A stretch of DNA of 64,000 nt from an uncultured virus (IMG/VR IMGVR_UViG_3300002349_000003) (taxonomy: Duplodnaviria > Heunggongvirae > Uroviricota > Caudoviricetes). Below the pieces are notes generated by a model, which searched no databases, was not told where the DNA came from, and was given only the letters and a program-made list of their open reading frames with translations. This document shows, one piece after another, positions 38,812-48,720 of this stretch. The translations under genes were made by a program, and so were the position numbers. Numbering within the stretch: position 1 is the first letter of the stretch; each line of letters opens with the position of its first letter. Where the stretch lies: IMG/VR virus record IMGVR_UViG_3300002349_000003; one strand, written 5' to 3'.

Positions 38812-40511
38812 GAGAATTATCAATCTATGAAGAATTAGGTGAAGAACGTAAACTACTACAAGAGAATGGTTCTCTTCCCCATTGGTGCACTACTGCCGCA
38901 TGGCAAATGCTAAAAGAAAATTATCTTTCAAACAAATATACTGATTTGAAGTCTGTATATTCTAGAATAGCAAAACACGCGGCAACATATACTAATGATC
39001 CAGCAACATGGGAATTAAAGTTCTTTGACTTATTATGGAATGGTTGGTTAGCAGCATCAACACCAGTGTTATCTAATATGGGAACTGGTATTGGATGTCC
39101 TGTATCATGCTCAGGCGGATTCATTAGTGATTCTGTCTATTCATTTTATGAATCACAAAAGGAAGCTGCGGTATTATCAAAAAATGGATTTGGAACTTCT
39201 GGTTATTTAGGTGACATCAGACCAAGAGGATCTAAAATATCTGGAATAAAAGGAAGTTCGTCTGGAGTTCTTCCAGTATTCAAAGACTTTGTTCAAATGT
39301 CAAGAGACATTAGCCAAGGAAGTCAACGACGCGGAGCTTGGGCAGGTTATATAGAAATTGACCATCCAGATTTCCATGAACTAGTCAATTATATTAACAA
39401 ACAACCAGATGATGCAAATATTGGTTGGAATATTAGTAATGACTTTATTAAAAGATTAGATGCCGGAGATAAAGATGCTATTGAAAGATATCAAAAGGCA
39501 TTGAAATTAAAAATGATTACAGGAAAAGGTTATTTTGAATTCATTGATAAAGTTAACGAACAAAATCCTGCAATGTATAAAGATTTGGGCCTTACAGTAA
39601 AAGCTTCCAATCTCTGTTCGGAAATACAATTATTCTCAGATGACGAACATACTTTTAGTTGCGTATTATCATCAATGAATGCATCACTTTTTGATGAATG
39701 GAAAAATACAACAGCAGTATTTGATGCCACAGTTTTCCTTGACTGTGTTAACCAAGATCTAATAGAGATTGGAAAGAACACTCGTGGAATGGAAAAGGTT
39801 GTTAGATTTGCAGAGAAAAGCAGAGCACTTGGATTAGGTTTATTAGGATTCCATACGTATCTTCAAGATAATAATATTGCTTTTGAATCGTTTGAAGCCC
39901 AATTAAAGAATACTGAAATCTTTAAACATATCAATGAAGAATCATTAAAAGCTTCTCAATGGATGGCATCACAATTTGGCGAACCTGAATGGTGCAAAGG
40001 TTATGGAGTTAGAAACACTCATAGAATTGCTGTTGCGCCAAATCTCAGTTCCGCTTTAATCTGTGGTTCTGTTAGTCAAGGCATAGAGCCAATTTATAAA
40101 AATGCATATGTTCAAAATACGGCAGCAGGAAAGATTGACCGAGTTAATCCAACACTATTAAAGTTAATGAAAGAACGTGGTGTCTATTCTGATGATACTG
40201 TAAAGGATATTATCAACAAGAAAGGTTCGGTACAACATGTTGAATGGTTAGATGACCATGAGAAACTAGTATTTAAGACTGCATTTGAAATTGACCAAAT
40301 GCATATTATTAGATTAGCATCAAGCCGTCAGAGATATATAGATCAAGCGCAAAGCATTAATTTATTTTTTAGCTCAGATGAGACTGAACAGTATATTAGT
40401 GAAGTACATAAAATGGCTTTCAAAGATCCCTATATTAAGAGTCTTTATTATATTAGATCTGAAAGCGGAGTTCAAACTAATAAAGGCGAATGTGTAGCCT
40501 GTCACGGATAA
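38805..40511 (+). CDS. nrdA: Ribonucleotide reductase class Ia alpha subunit (short form)
   Basis: TPVLSN, SQGSQRRG, SNLCSEI, APN.SS, DQAQS.N, LYY.R, terminal CVAC. Confidence 0.95.
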   Translation: MVRELSIYEELGEERKLLQENGSLPHWCTTAAWQMLKENYLSNKYTDLKSVYSRIAKHAATYTNDPATWELKFFDLLWNGWLAASTPVLSNMGTGIGCPVSCSGGFISDSVYSFYESQKEAAVLSKNGFGTSGYLGDIRPRGSKISGIKGSSSGVLPVFKDFVQMSRDISQGSQRRGAWAGYIEIDHPDFHELVNYINKQPDDANIGWNISNDFIKRLDAGDKDAIERYQKALKLKMITGKGYFEFIDKVNEQNPAMYKDLGLTVKASNLCSEIQLFSDDEHTFSCVLSSMNASLFDEWKNTTAVFDATVFLDCVNQDLIEIGKNTRGMEKVVRFAEKSRALGLGLLGFHTYLQDNNIAFESFEAQLKNTEIFKHINEESLKASQWMASQFGEPEWCKGYGVRNTHRIAVAPNLSSALICGSVSQGIEPIYKNAYVQNTAAGKIDRVNPTLLKLMKERGVYSDDTVKDIINKKGSVQHVEWLDDHEKLVFKTAFEIDQMHIIRLASSRQRYIDQAQSINLFFSSDETEQYISEVHKMAFKDPYIKSLYYIRSESGVQTNKGECVACHG

Positions 40512-40512
40512 T

Positions 40513-40950
40513 ATGAAGAAATTATTATTACTATTAACATTAATCAGCACCTCGGTTTCGGCCGAGGTTTACAACTATCCTATTACTAGGGTCATTGACG
40601 GTGATACTGTCGAATTCAAAGCTGAATTCTTGCCTAAACCATTAAAGCCAGTGTTATCAATTCGCGTATTAGGAGTTGATACCCCAGAAAAAGGATTCCG
40701 TGCAAAGTGTCCAAGTGAAGCAGAAAAAGGTAAATCTGCGTCGGAATTTACTAAACGCCTAGTTGCAGAATCTAAAGTCCAACAGGTTTCTATTAAGGAT
40801 TGGGATAAATACGGTGGTAGAGTATTGGGTGATGTTATTCTTGATGGCAAATCTCTATCAGAAGAACTAATAAAAAACGGATATGCTCGTTCATATCATG
40901 GTGAGAAAAAAGAATCTTGGTGCGGTATGACTACAGGGAAAGTAAAATGA
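40513..40950 (+). CDS. Thermonuclease (SNase-like) with signal peptide
   Basis: RVIDGDT, RVLGVDTPE, DKYGGRVLG; hydrophobic N-terminus. Confidence 0.9.
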   Translation: MKKLLLLLTLISTSVSAEVYNYPITRVIDGDTVEFKAEFLPKPLKPVLSIRVLGVDTPEKGFRAKCPSEAEKGKSASEFTKRLVAESKVQQVSIKDWDKYGGRVLGDVILDGKSLSEELIKNGYARSYHGEKKESWCGMTTGKVK

Positions 40951-41096
40951 CAAAACAAATGTTTGACTGTGACTCATGCGAGACACAAGGGATTATAACA
41001 ATCCGAACAGATGGTGTTGAGAAAAATGATATTATCTATTGCCCAATCTGTGCAAGTCCAATCTTTAGAGATGAAGACGACACGGATGACGAATGA
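40947..41096 (+). CDS. Small zinc-ribbon protein (not in ORF track)
   Basis: MTKQMFDCDSC...YCPIC...acidic tail; ATGA overlaps at both ends. Confidence 0.7.
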   Translation: MTKQMFDCDSCETQGIITIRTDGVEKNDIIYCPICASPIFRDEDDTDDE

Positions 41097-41533
41097 GTTG
41101 GACTCATAACGGAAAATTAGTAACCGAATTGCCAGAGTGCGAAGGCTTTGTCTACTTGATATCTAACAAGATTGATGGTAGACAGTATATCGGCAAGAAA
41201 TTAGCAAAGTTTTCCAAAACGTCTATTAAGACTGTAGTACTGAAATCTGGTGAAAAGAAAAAGAAACGAGTAAAGACAAAGGTTGAATCTGACTGGATGA
41301 AATACTGGTCATCATCAATTGAATTGCAACACGATGTTAAGACATTAGGTGAAGAAAATTTTACTCGTGAGATTATTCATTTCTGCCAAACCAAGGGTGA
41401 ATGTTCGTACCTTGAAATGAAAGAACAGATCATAAACGAAGTACTAATACAACCAGACAAATGGTACAATGCCTTTGTTGGTGGTAAGATTCATCGTAAT
41501 CATGTAAAAAATTTATTTAAAGAGGTAAAGTAA
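41093..41533 (+). CDS. GIY-YIG family nuclease
   Basis: GFVYLI.N..DGRQYIGKK, ESDW..YWSS. Confidence 0.8.
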   Translation: MSWTHNGKLVTELPECEGFVYLISNKIDGRQYIGKKLAKFSKTSIKTVVLKSGEKKKKRVKTKVESDWMKYWSSSIELQHDVKTLGEENFTREIIHFCQTKGECSYLEMKEQIINEVLIQPDKWYNAFVGGKIHRNHVKNLFKEVK

Positions 41534-42021
41534 TGTTCCATGAAAGTCCGGAATTCATAAAGCATCTTGATAGATGGTTAGATATGAGTGAACAAGTAGA
41601 TGCAAAATTTCTTAATACTAATAAGACAAAAATACCTGCAATGTTTAGAACATATACTAAATCATTATATCGAGGTTTAGTATTAAATCAAACTGAACTG
41701 ACTGCTTACCAAAAGACTGGTAAATTAACTTTACCAAAACATACATCATGGTCTAAAGATAAAAAGATTGCAATAAAATTTGTTGATGATCCGCAATATA
41801 AAATAAGCGGTAGCGGCAGTATAAAACTTATTTTGACCAAATCCTTCACGCCTGCTAATATTATTCTTGACATTAATGCTTTATTTCTTTTCTATGGACA
41901 GTCAAAAATGATACAGTTAGGAATAGATGATATGAGTGCGGATAGTGCTATGAAGGAACAAGAAGTATTGATTGCATCAGGTATAAAAATAACGCCCGCA
42001 GAAACTGAATTGTGGTTTTAA
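41533..42021 (+). CDS. Putative ADP-ribosyltransferase (R-S-E class)
   Basis: LYRG, TSWS, EQEVL triad. Confidence 0.65.
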   Translation: MFHESPEFIKHLDRWLDMSEQVDAKFLNTNKTKIPAMFRTYTKSLYRGLVLNQTELTAYQKTGKLTLPKHTSWSKDKKIAIKFVDDPQYKISGSGSIKLILTKSFTPANIILDINALFLFYGQSKMIQLGIDDMSADSAMKEQEVLIASGIKITPAETELWF

Positions 42022-42193
42022 TTTAGTGATAAATAATCTATTAAAGGAACAAAACCCTTTAACAAAGGAGCAAAGAATGGAGTTGCTCTATACAGCAAAG
42101 ATTCTGGATAAGGATGGAAACTACCACCCAGATTTCTTTAGTGAAGAAACCGTTCGGAAAAGTAAGGAAGCTAAGCAAATCGAGGAGTAGCCT

Positions 42194-42694
42194 ATGGTAA
42201 CCATAGAATTTACTTATGATTATGATCCGAAGTTTCTACCAATCTATAGAGAATTTTTTGAATCTGAATTTACTGGTAGAGACTGGTTTGATAGAATACA
42301 ATATATACCAGACAGAGTTCTGGAACTTAGACTCAGGAAAAGATTACTAGAACGATTGTTGGATGAAACTCAAATGCCAATGACTGTTATCAAATACAAT
42401 AACATTCCAGTTGGATTATCATTTCCAAGAACCCTATTTACTGAAGAAGAAAAACAGAAGTTTGAAGTTGAGGATTTTGAGTATTATAAGATTGGTTCAA
42501 TTATCATTCTTAAAGAATATAGGAATAAGGGGATTGCTTATGAGGCTTGTAAGCTGTTCATGGAACGCTATGGTCCCATCATATATCATGTAGATGAACT
42601 TAACCATGCTTCAATAAAATTAGCATTAAAACTAGGGCTTACTTTTTCACACAGAACAAATATCAATAATGTGCATTACCTAGTATACAAATAG
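42194..42694 (+). CDS. GNAT acetyltransferase
   Basis: EYRNKGIA motif A; N.ASIKLA.KLG. Confidence 0.8.
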   Translation: MVTIEFTYDYDPKFLPIYREFFESEFTGRDWFDRIQYIPDRVLELRLRKRLLERLLDETQMPMTVIKYNNIPVGLSFPRTLFTEEEKQKFEVEDFEYYKIGSIIILKEYRNKGIAYEACKLFMERYGPIIYHVDELNHASIKLALKLGLTFSHRTNINNVHYLVYK

Positions 42695-42827
42695 CCCAGT
42701 CAGTCTGGGTTTCTTTTTGTTTCTTATCTATTGACACTCTTTTATAAATAAAAGTGTACTATTATTGAAATCTTGATATAATAGACTCATACCAAATAAA
42801 TATTTTAAACGTAACTTAGGAATAAAA

Positions 42828-43109
42828 ATGAAAACTTTTAATCAATTCGCATTAGAACTTATTGAAGCAAAATTACCTATAACTTCATCAGAAGATGAAC
42901 TTACTTGGGATCCTAAATCTCGTCAAACTACATTGTCGCCAAAGCAAGCACTTGCTTATGCAGTTTCTCAATTATCGCCTGAAGAAGTTGCTGCAGTACT
43001 TGCTGCAGAAAAATTAAAAAAGATGTCAAGAACACCTCAGCAAAAAGCATTTGATAAGAAAATGGCTAAACTTGCCAAAAATCACGAAAACGATACTAGA
43101 TTAAAATAA
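42828..43109 (+). CDS. Small protein with CTS-like start
   Basis: MKTFNQF..ELIE; both TATAAATA and an early promoter upstream. Confidence 0.6.
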   Translation: MKTFNQFALELIEAKLPITSSEDELTWDPKSRQTTLSPKQALAYAVSQLSPEEVAAVLAAEKLKKMSRTPQQKAFDKKMAKLAKNHENDTRLK

Positions 43110-43137
43110 TTAAGTTTTCAATATAAGTTATTATAAT

Positions 43138-43162
43138 TAGCCGGTAATTATACCGGCTTTTT
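43138..43162 (+). terminator. Intrinsic terminator
   Basis: AGCCGGTA/TACCGGCT stem plus T run. Confidence 0.8.
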
Positions 43163-43245
43163 ATTGTCCGGTGAAAATAATAGTGTACTATTATTGAAAT
43201 CTTGATATAATAGACTCATACCAAATAACCAATGAGGAATTACAC

Positions 43246-43458
43246 ATGAATAAAGAACAACAGATCCAAACCCTTCTAGATACTTTGTTTGAAAATGCAA
43301 AAGAATCATCTCAAAACGCTAGTTGGAATATTGATAAAACGGTGAACTATGCTTATGTTACTGGTTATTATGAATCTTCATTCAGCAATCTTCTGAAAAG
43401 TATGAATCTTACCAAAGCACAGATGGATATCTTATCACAAAGATGTGAAATTAAATAA
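43246..43458 (+). CDS. Early hypothetical protein
   Basis: Behind promoter repeat with GAGG SD. Confidence 0.65.
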   Translation: MNKEQQIQTLLDTLFENAKESSQNASWNIDKTVNYAYVTGYYESSFSNLLKSMNLTKAQMDILSQRCEIK

Positions 43459-43529
43459 AATAATAGTGTACTATTATTGAAATCTTGATATAATAGACTC
43501 ATACCAAATAACCAATGAGGAATTTAATT

Positions 43530-43757
43530 ATGAAAAACTATAAAGCATTAAAAGACAACGAGGCCATTTTAATAGTAATGGCCGCTGAACACAATGCCAG
43601 GCTAACGATGATAGAGAATGGTCTTGATTTCCAAGATTATGATAATCAGGACTTGCTGGATTCTTATATAGAGAATAGTATTATTGGTACCTTATCTTCT
43701 GAAAAATATTCAGAAGATGTTATTGCTGAATTTGCCAGTATCGGCATTGAAGCATAA
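43530..43757 (+). CDS. Early hypothetical protein
   Basis: Behind promoter repeat with GAGG SD. Confidence 0.6.
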   Translation: MKNYKALKDNEAILIVMAAEHNARLTMIENGLDFQDYDNQDLLDSYIENSIIGTLSSEKYSEDVIAEFASIGIEA

Positions 43758-43783
43758 ACCACCAACACGAGGCGTGGAATACT

Positions 43784-44131
43784 ATGAGAAAAGGTGAAAA
43801 GAAATTTGTATCTGCGATGCCGACTACGCGTCAAACCACTCCGTATGAACTTGAAAAAGCATACAAGACTATTGCCTTTTCAAGATCAAATAAGGTGGAA
43901 TATAAAAATCTTGATGATCTTGACAATGAAGCATCGCGTATTAGAAGATGTGTTGAACACTATTACACATATTCAAATCACGACTTATCTTTCTCTGACT
44001 TCTGCACCAAATTTATTATGGAAAATTTCAAAGAAATGGTATTTGGAACAGAATTCGATGGAACATACTTAGATGATTTGGAAGTGAATCGTGCTGACGA
44101 ATACATTGATGATTATAGATTGGTGGCTTAA
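43784..44131 (+). CDS. Hypothetical protein
   Basis: ORF in early operon. Confidence 0.55.
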   Translation: MRKGEKKFVSAMPTTRQTTPYELEKAYKTIAFSRSNKVEYKNLDDLDNEASRIRRCVEHYYTYSNHDLSFSDFCTKFIMENFKEMVFGTEFDGTYLDDLEVNRADEYIDDYRLVA

Positions 44132-44467
44132 ATGATAAATGCAAAAGAAGAACTTGTAAACACGCTTGATGATATTACCAAAAAGCATTCGGTATCTTTA
44201 AAGTGTGCTTGGGTAACATACGAAAGTCATTATAAGGCATCTCATGCCTATTCTTCTCTGCCAATAGGATTTGAATTGGATGAATTCTTGTCATTTTTAG
44301 AAGAATTAGATTTTGACTATAACAATGGATATGGCGGCCAGCATTTACATGGCACAGTATGGTTTGATGACGGTTCATGGATGGAACGAGGTGAATACGA
44401 TGGTTCGGAATGGTGGGAATACAAAACAACACCAGAGATTCCTGAAGATTTAAAATGTGTACAATAA
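44132..44467 (+). CDS. Conserved phage hypothetical protein
   Basis: YNNGYGGQ...G.VWF.DGSWMER.EYDGSEWW. Confidence 0.7.
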   Translation: MINAKEELVNTLDDITKKHSVSLKCAWVTYESHYKASHAYSSLPIGFELDEFLSFLEELDFDYNNGYGGQHLHGTVWFDDGSWMERGEYDGSEWWEYKTTPEIPEDLKCVQ

Positions 44468-44512
44468 CAAAATTTGTGATATAATGTAATTTTAAACAAC
44501 TTGGAAAATATT

Positions 44513-45784
44513 ATGATTTATTCTATTATTGAGCAGTTAAGATCTACCAATTCCCGACTAGGAAAAGAAACCATTTTAGAAGCAAACGTCAATAATGACC
44601 TTTTGAAATCGGTACTTACTAGAACATTTGCTCCTCATATCAATTATTATCAAAGGAAAATTCCAGCGTATTCTACATCAGGAAATTTAGACTTAAAAGA
44701 AGCTCTTGAACAACTAAATGACTTAGCCGATAGAAAAGTTACTGGAAATAAAGCCATTGAATTTTTGTCAAATATACTTTCATCAGTTTCTGCAAGAGAT
44801 GCATTCGTTATTGAATGCATCATTAAGAAAGATTTAGGTTGCGGAATTGGTATTCCTACTGTTAATAAAATATGGAAAGATTTAATTCCTACCTTTGATG
44901 TTATGCTTTGCTCTCCATTGAGTGATAAAGTTTTAGCAAAGATAAAATACCCTGCTATGGCTCAATTAAAAATGGACGGATTGCGATGTAATGTGGTTGT
45001 TAAAGACAATACAGTAACTTTCTATTCACGCAATGGAAAAACCTTTGATTTGCTTGGTAATCTTGAACAAGAATTCATTGATGCTGCTCGTGGATTAGAT
45101 GTTGTTTTTGATGGTGAACTGTTGGTTACTAAAGATAGCAAGGTAGTCGATAGACAAACTGGTAATGGCATTCTTAATAAAGCGAATAAAGGTACTATAA
45201 GCGAAGAAGAAGCTAAGTTAGTTACTATGACAGTATGGGATATTATCTCGTATGATAATTGGATTGCTGGTAAAGATTCAATGATTTATGTACACAGATA
45301 TAATCGTCTTATCAGTCTGAATCTTCGCGGCAAAATCAATATAGTTCCAAGTATAGAGGTCAGATCTTTAGATGAAGCTAAAATTGTCTATGAAAATTAT
45401 TATGCCAAAGGATATGAAGGTATCATCCTTAAAAATACTGACAACATCTGGGAACCAAAACGATCTCAAACTCAGATTAAATTTAAAGGTGAAGAAACCG
45501 CATCCTTACACGTAGTAGGTATTCAACATGGTAATGGTAAATATGAAGGTCAGATTGGTTCTTTGATTTGTGAATCTGAAGATGGCGAATTGATGGTAAA
45601 TGTTGGTTCAGGATTGACTGATGAAGATAGACTCCGAACAGATTTCATTGGTAAAATCATTGATGTGAAATACAACGCCAAAATCAAATCGAAAGGTTCT
45701 GATACCTGGTCACTGTTTTTACCACGTTTTCTTGAAATTCGCTTTGACCGCGATACTGCTGATACTATCGACCACATCAAATAA
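44513..45784 (+). CDS. gp30: ATP-dependent DNA ligase
   Basis: KMDGLR, FDGEL, EGIILK, VGSG, LFLPRF..IRFD. Confidence 0.95.
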   Translation: MIYSIIEQLRSTNSRLGKETILEANVNNDLLKSVLTRTFAPHINYYQRKIPAYSTSGNLDLKEALEQLNDLADRKVTGNKAIEFLSNILSSVSARDAFVIECIIKKDLGCGIGIPTVNKIWKDLIPTFDVMLCSPLSDKVLAKIKYPAMAQLKMDGLRCNVVVKDNTVTFYSRNGKTFDLLGNLEQEFIDAARGLDVVFDGELLVTKDSKVVDRQTGNGILNKANKGTISEEEAKLVTMTVWDIISYDNWIAGKDSMIYVHRYNRLISLNLRGKINIVPSIEVRSLDEAKIVYENYYAKGYEGIILKNTDNIWEPKRSQTQIKFKGEETASLHVVGIQHGNGKYEGQIGSLICESEDGELMVNVGSGLTDEDRLRTDFIGKIIDVKYNAKIKSKGSDTWSLFLPRFLEIRFDRDTADTIDHIK

Positions 45785-45845
45785 TAGTTGACAATCTGAC
45801 AATATGGTTTATAATGAACCATCTTAACTGAACTGAGGAATTAAA

Positions 45846-46229
45846 ATGATTTTTATCGATGAAACACGAACAAAGAAAAAACTTGTAATCAGAAAAGAAG
45901 ATGGCATATTCTCTGATGCTATCGTAATTAAGTTTAAACATATTCCAATCTTTCTGATGATGATACAGAAACATTATGGTGAATTTTCTGAAGGTGAATC
46001 ATTTGGAAAACACGAAGTTGTCAAAAGAGAAAATGGATTAGATACCATCGTTAAAAAGAAAGGATGTTCTGATGCCAGTTCAAAGTATGCAATAGGCAAC
46101 TATGATGATATTGAAAGATTGTATGGTCTGGATTTTGAAGATTATCTTGTCATTACTGAAGATGAATCTAAAGACTTGATTTTACAATTGGCTGATTATT
46201 ACATTACGGTTATGAATGAAGAAAATTGA
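45846..46229 (+). CDS. Hypothetical protein
   Basis: TTGACA-N17-TATAAT promoter and GAGG SD upstream. Confidence 0.6.
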   Translation: MIFIDETRTKKKLVIRKEDGIFSDAIVIKFKHIPIFLMMIQKHYGEFSEGESFGKHEVVKRENGLDTIVKKKGCSDASSKYAIGNYDDIERLYGLDFEDYLVITEDESKDLILQLADYYITVMNEEN

Positions 46230-46509
46230 TATACTGTTAAGAATGATTGGTAATAGGGTTGATAGGATTCCAAAACGAACTATGAATGCTAATAGATTGC
46301 ACAAGATGCTAACAGGAAGAAACCAAAAGATGTACTTTCATGGGAGAACCAACAGGTGGACGCGGTGGAAGAAATAGTCGAATATAAACATAACTGGGTT
46401 AAGGCAGAATTGTCAGACCCAAAATATCGACATAAAGTTGTTAGATTGAAAACTGATTATAAGAGAGACCAAAAGTCTCTAACTAAATTATTGAAACGTG
46501 AAATGGAGA

Positions 46510-46767
46510 ATGAAAATGACTAAAGAAGATTTGATTAACCAATTAAAAATATCAGAAGTTACTATTAACTTTACGAAAAAGGATGGAACCGACAGAATAT
46601 TGGTAGGAACATTGGATCCTGACAAATTGCCGGTTCGTGAATCTACTGAACAGAAAGAACGTAAAGAATCAACAACTGATGCTATTGCAGTATACGACAT
46701 TGAGAATGAAGGATGGCGCTCATTCAATTTTGCTAATGTAAATTTTATTAATGGAGAACCACAATGA
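46510..46767 (+). CDS. WYL-like/SH3-fold phage protein
   Basis: FTKKDGTDR...GTL, YDIENEGWRSF. Confidence 0.75.
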   Translation: MKMTKEDLINQLKISEVTINFTKKDGTDRILVGTLDPDKLPVRESTEQKERKESTTDAIAVYDIENEGWRSFNFANVNFINGEPQ

Positions 46768-46845
46768 TTTTATTATACTTGGTAACTGGTGCTACTATTG
46801 CTACTGGAATCTGGTTAACTATCTACACACTGAAAGGATTATAAT

Positions 46846-47247
46846 ATGGTCTGGTTTACTAACGAAAAAAAGATACAAGAATTAGCAAACAACCTTGCTA
46901 ATCTGCATGTTAAGTTTGATAATCTTAAACGTAAGAATAATGAGTTAGAAGATAAAATATCCAATTTAGATATTCAACTTACAAGACTTCAAGTAGATAA
47001 TCGTAATCTTAAAATTGCTTTCAGTGAGAATTTTAAAAAATCAGTAACCACGTTTCCAGCAACTCCAAGTTTGGTTGACCATTCTAACATAGTTACTAAT
47101 GCTAATATAGTTTCAACCGTGGTACCCAATCCATACAGCACTAATGATATTATTAGCAGTTCATCATATGCAAGTTCTTATGATTGTGCTTATAGTTCTG
47201 ATTCATCTTCATGTTCTGACTCATCTTCATCTTGCTCATCTGACTAA
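46846..47247 (+). CDS. Coiled-coil protein with Ser-rich tail
   Basis: ORF; heptad N-half and SSDSSSCSD tail. Confidence 0.55.
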   Translation: MVWFTNEKKIQELANNLANLHVKFDNLKRKNNELEDKISNLDIQLTRLQVDNRNLKIAFSENFKKSVTTFPATPSLVDHSNIVTNANIVSTVVPNPYSTNDIISSSSYASSYDCAYSSDSSSCSDSSSSCSSD

Positions 47248-47259
47248 TAGGAATATATT

Positions 47260-47511
47260 ATGACAACCATTTCAAATCCAAAAGACCAAGAAAAAATCCG
47301 TACTATGTTATCTGAAATTTCTAATTCATATACTCGGATTTCAGCGGAACGCGATCTTATTAACGAAACTATTCAAGCACTTTCTGAAGACTTTGAAATC
47401 GACAAGAAAATTCTTCGTAAAATGGCGCAAATATTCCATAAGCAGAATTATACTGAAGTTGAGAACGAACAAGAAGAGCTTGCACTATTATACGAATCTA
47501 TTGTAAAATAA
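47260..47511 (+). CDS. dsDNA-binding protein (T4 DsbA-like)
   Basis: EISNS..RI.AERD, KK.LRKMA..FHKQN, LYE. Confidence 0.7.
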   Translation: MTTISNPKDQEKIRTMLSEISNSYTRISAERDLINETIQALSEDFEIDKKILRKMAQIFHKQNYTEVENEQEELALLYESIVK

Positions 47512-47571
47512 TGTGTACATAACACAAGGATGTGTTATAATAGACTTTTATTAAACTTACCGAGATCAACC

Positions 47572-48708
47572 ATGGGAAAGACAATATCACTAAAACCAAC
47601 CTCATCGTCAAAGGCTGAAAAACAAGCCTTAAAACGTAGATCTCTTATAGACAGAGTAGACGCAAAATTCAAAGGCGTCGGAGAACCACAAATATCATTT
47701 CTGAATTACAGACTAGATTTGATGCATGCTTTAAATTGGTTTAATGTTTATGCATCAAACATAGACAAAAAGAAATGGACTCTAGCATCAATTGAAGATA
47801 AGAAACAAAGGTTGTTATTGTCAAACCTAGACGACTCTCTATTTAGACAACTAGGAGTGTTAATTCGCTTAAGAGACAATGGACAATATCTCGATGACAA
47901 AGAATTAAAATTCATTAGCGATAGAATTTCTCAATTAGAAAAAATTGCTACTACTCCTAAAGAAATAAAAGAGAATGGCATTGCTCCTAAGTCTAAACCA
48001 ATAGTTACTATTGATAAGAATAAATTAGAAGCAATTCAGTTTGCTTGTGAAATTGATGGTGAGATAGATGAGTTTATAAAATCTGGATATCCTAGAACAT
48101 TTGAATTCAAAAATTCGGTAAAGACTATTAGTGGATCAGCTGCTAAACAGGTTCCTCCTTTATATAAGCCACTAATAATGGAAATTGAAGAAGCACTAGA
48201 AGGATCCTGTGATCAATTAAATGAAGCATATTCGCATGTCAAGACGGTACAATTGAAACATTTCTTAAAAATGCTAAAGGATTTAATATCATCGTGTTCT
48301 CAACATGTTGTTAGCATCAGAAAGCCAAAAGTGATTAAACAGAAATCACCTGGAGAATTAGTAAAGAATCTTAAATATCTTCCAAAATTTGAAGAACTTA
48401 ATATCAAATCTGAAAATCCTATTAAGTTAGTAGAATGCCAGGAAGTGTGGCTATATGATACTGTTAATCGTAAACTGTTTAATTATAAAGCAGTAAAGGA
48501 CCAAAAGCTATCGGTACATGGAACATCCATTAGTGGATTTGACGTAGAAACTTCATTGGTCAAGAGTATCAGAAAGCCTGAAGTGATTAAGGAATTCATC
48601 GGAAATAAAAAGGACTTTGCTATTAAATTTTCTGAATTAACAACTCGTCCTCAGAAGCCAAATGGCAGAACAAATGCTAATATTATTATTTTAAAAATCT
48701 TTTCATAA
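47572..48708 (+). CDS. Conserved T4-like hypothetical protein
   Basis: ALNWFN, K..RKP, NGR.N...IILK; upstream of rnh. Confidence 0.65.
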   Translation: MGKTISLKPTSSSKAEKQALKRRSLIDRVDAKFKGVGEPQISFLNYRLDLMHALNWFNVYASNIDKKKWTLASIEDKKQRLLLSNLDDSLFRQLGVLIRLRDNGQYLDDKELKFISDRISQLEKIATTPKEIKENGIAPKSKPIVTIDKNKLEAIQFACEIDGEIDEFIKSGYPRTFEFKNSVKTISGSAAKQVPPLYKPLIMEIEEALEGSCDQLNEAYSHVKTVQLKHFLKMLKDLISSCSQHVVSIRKPKVIKQKSPGELVKNLKYLPKFEELNIKSENPIKLVECQEVWLYDTVNRKLFNYKAVKDQKLSVHGTSISGFDVETSLVKSIRKPEVIKEFIGNKKDFAIKFSELTTRPQKPNGRTNANIIILKIFS

Positions 48709-48720
48709 CTGGAGAACATA

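Larger units (their letters stand above)
42753..43524 (+). repeat. Three identical early-promoter cassettes
   Basis: 47-bp AGTGTACTATTATTGAAATCTTGATATAATAGACTCATACCAAATAA at 42753, 43182 and 43465; copies 2 and 3 share 68 bp. Confidence 0.92.

Noticed and set aside
47150..47247. Ser-rich TCATCTTCA repeats
   Set aside because: Low-complexity coding tail with no sign of a separate element.
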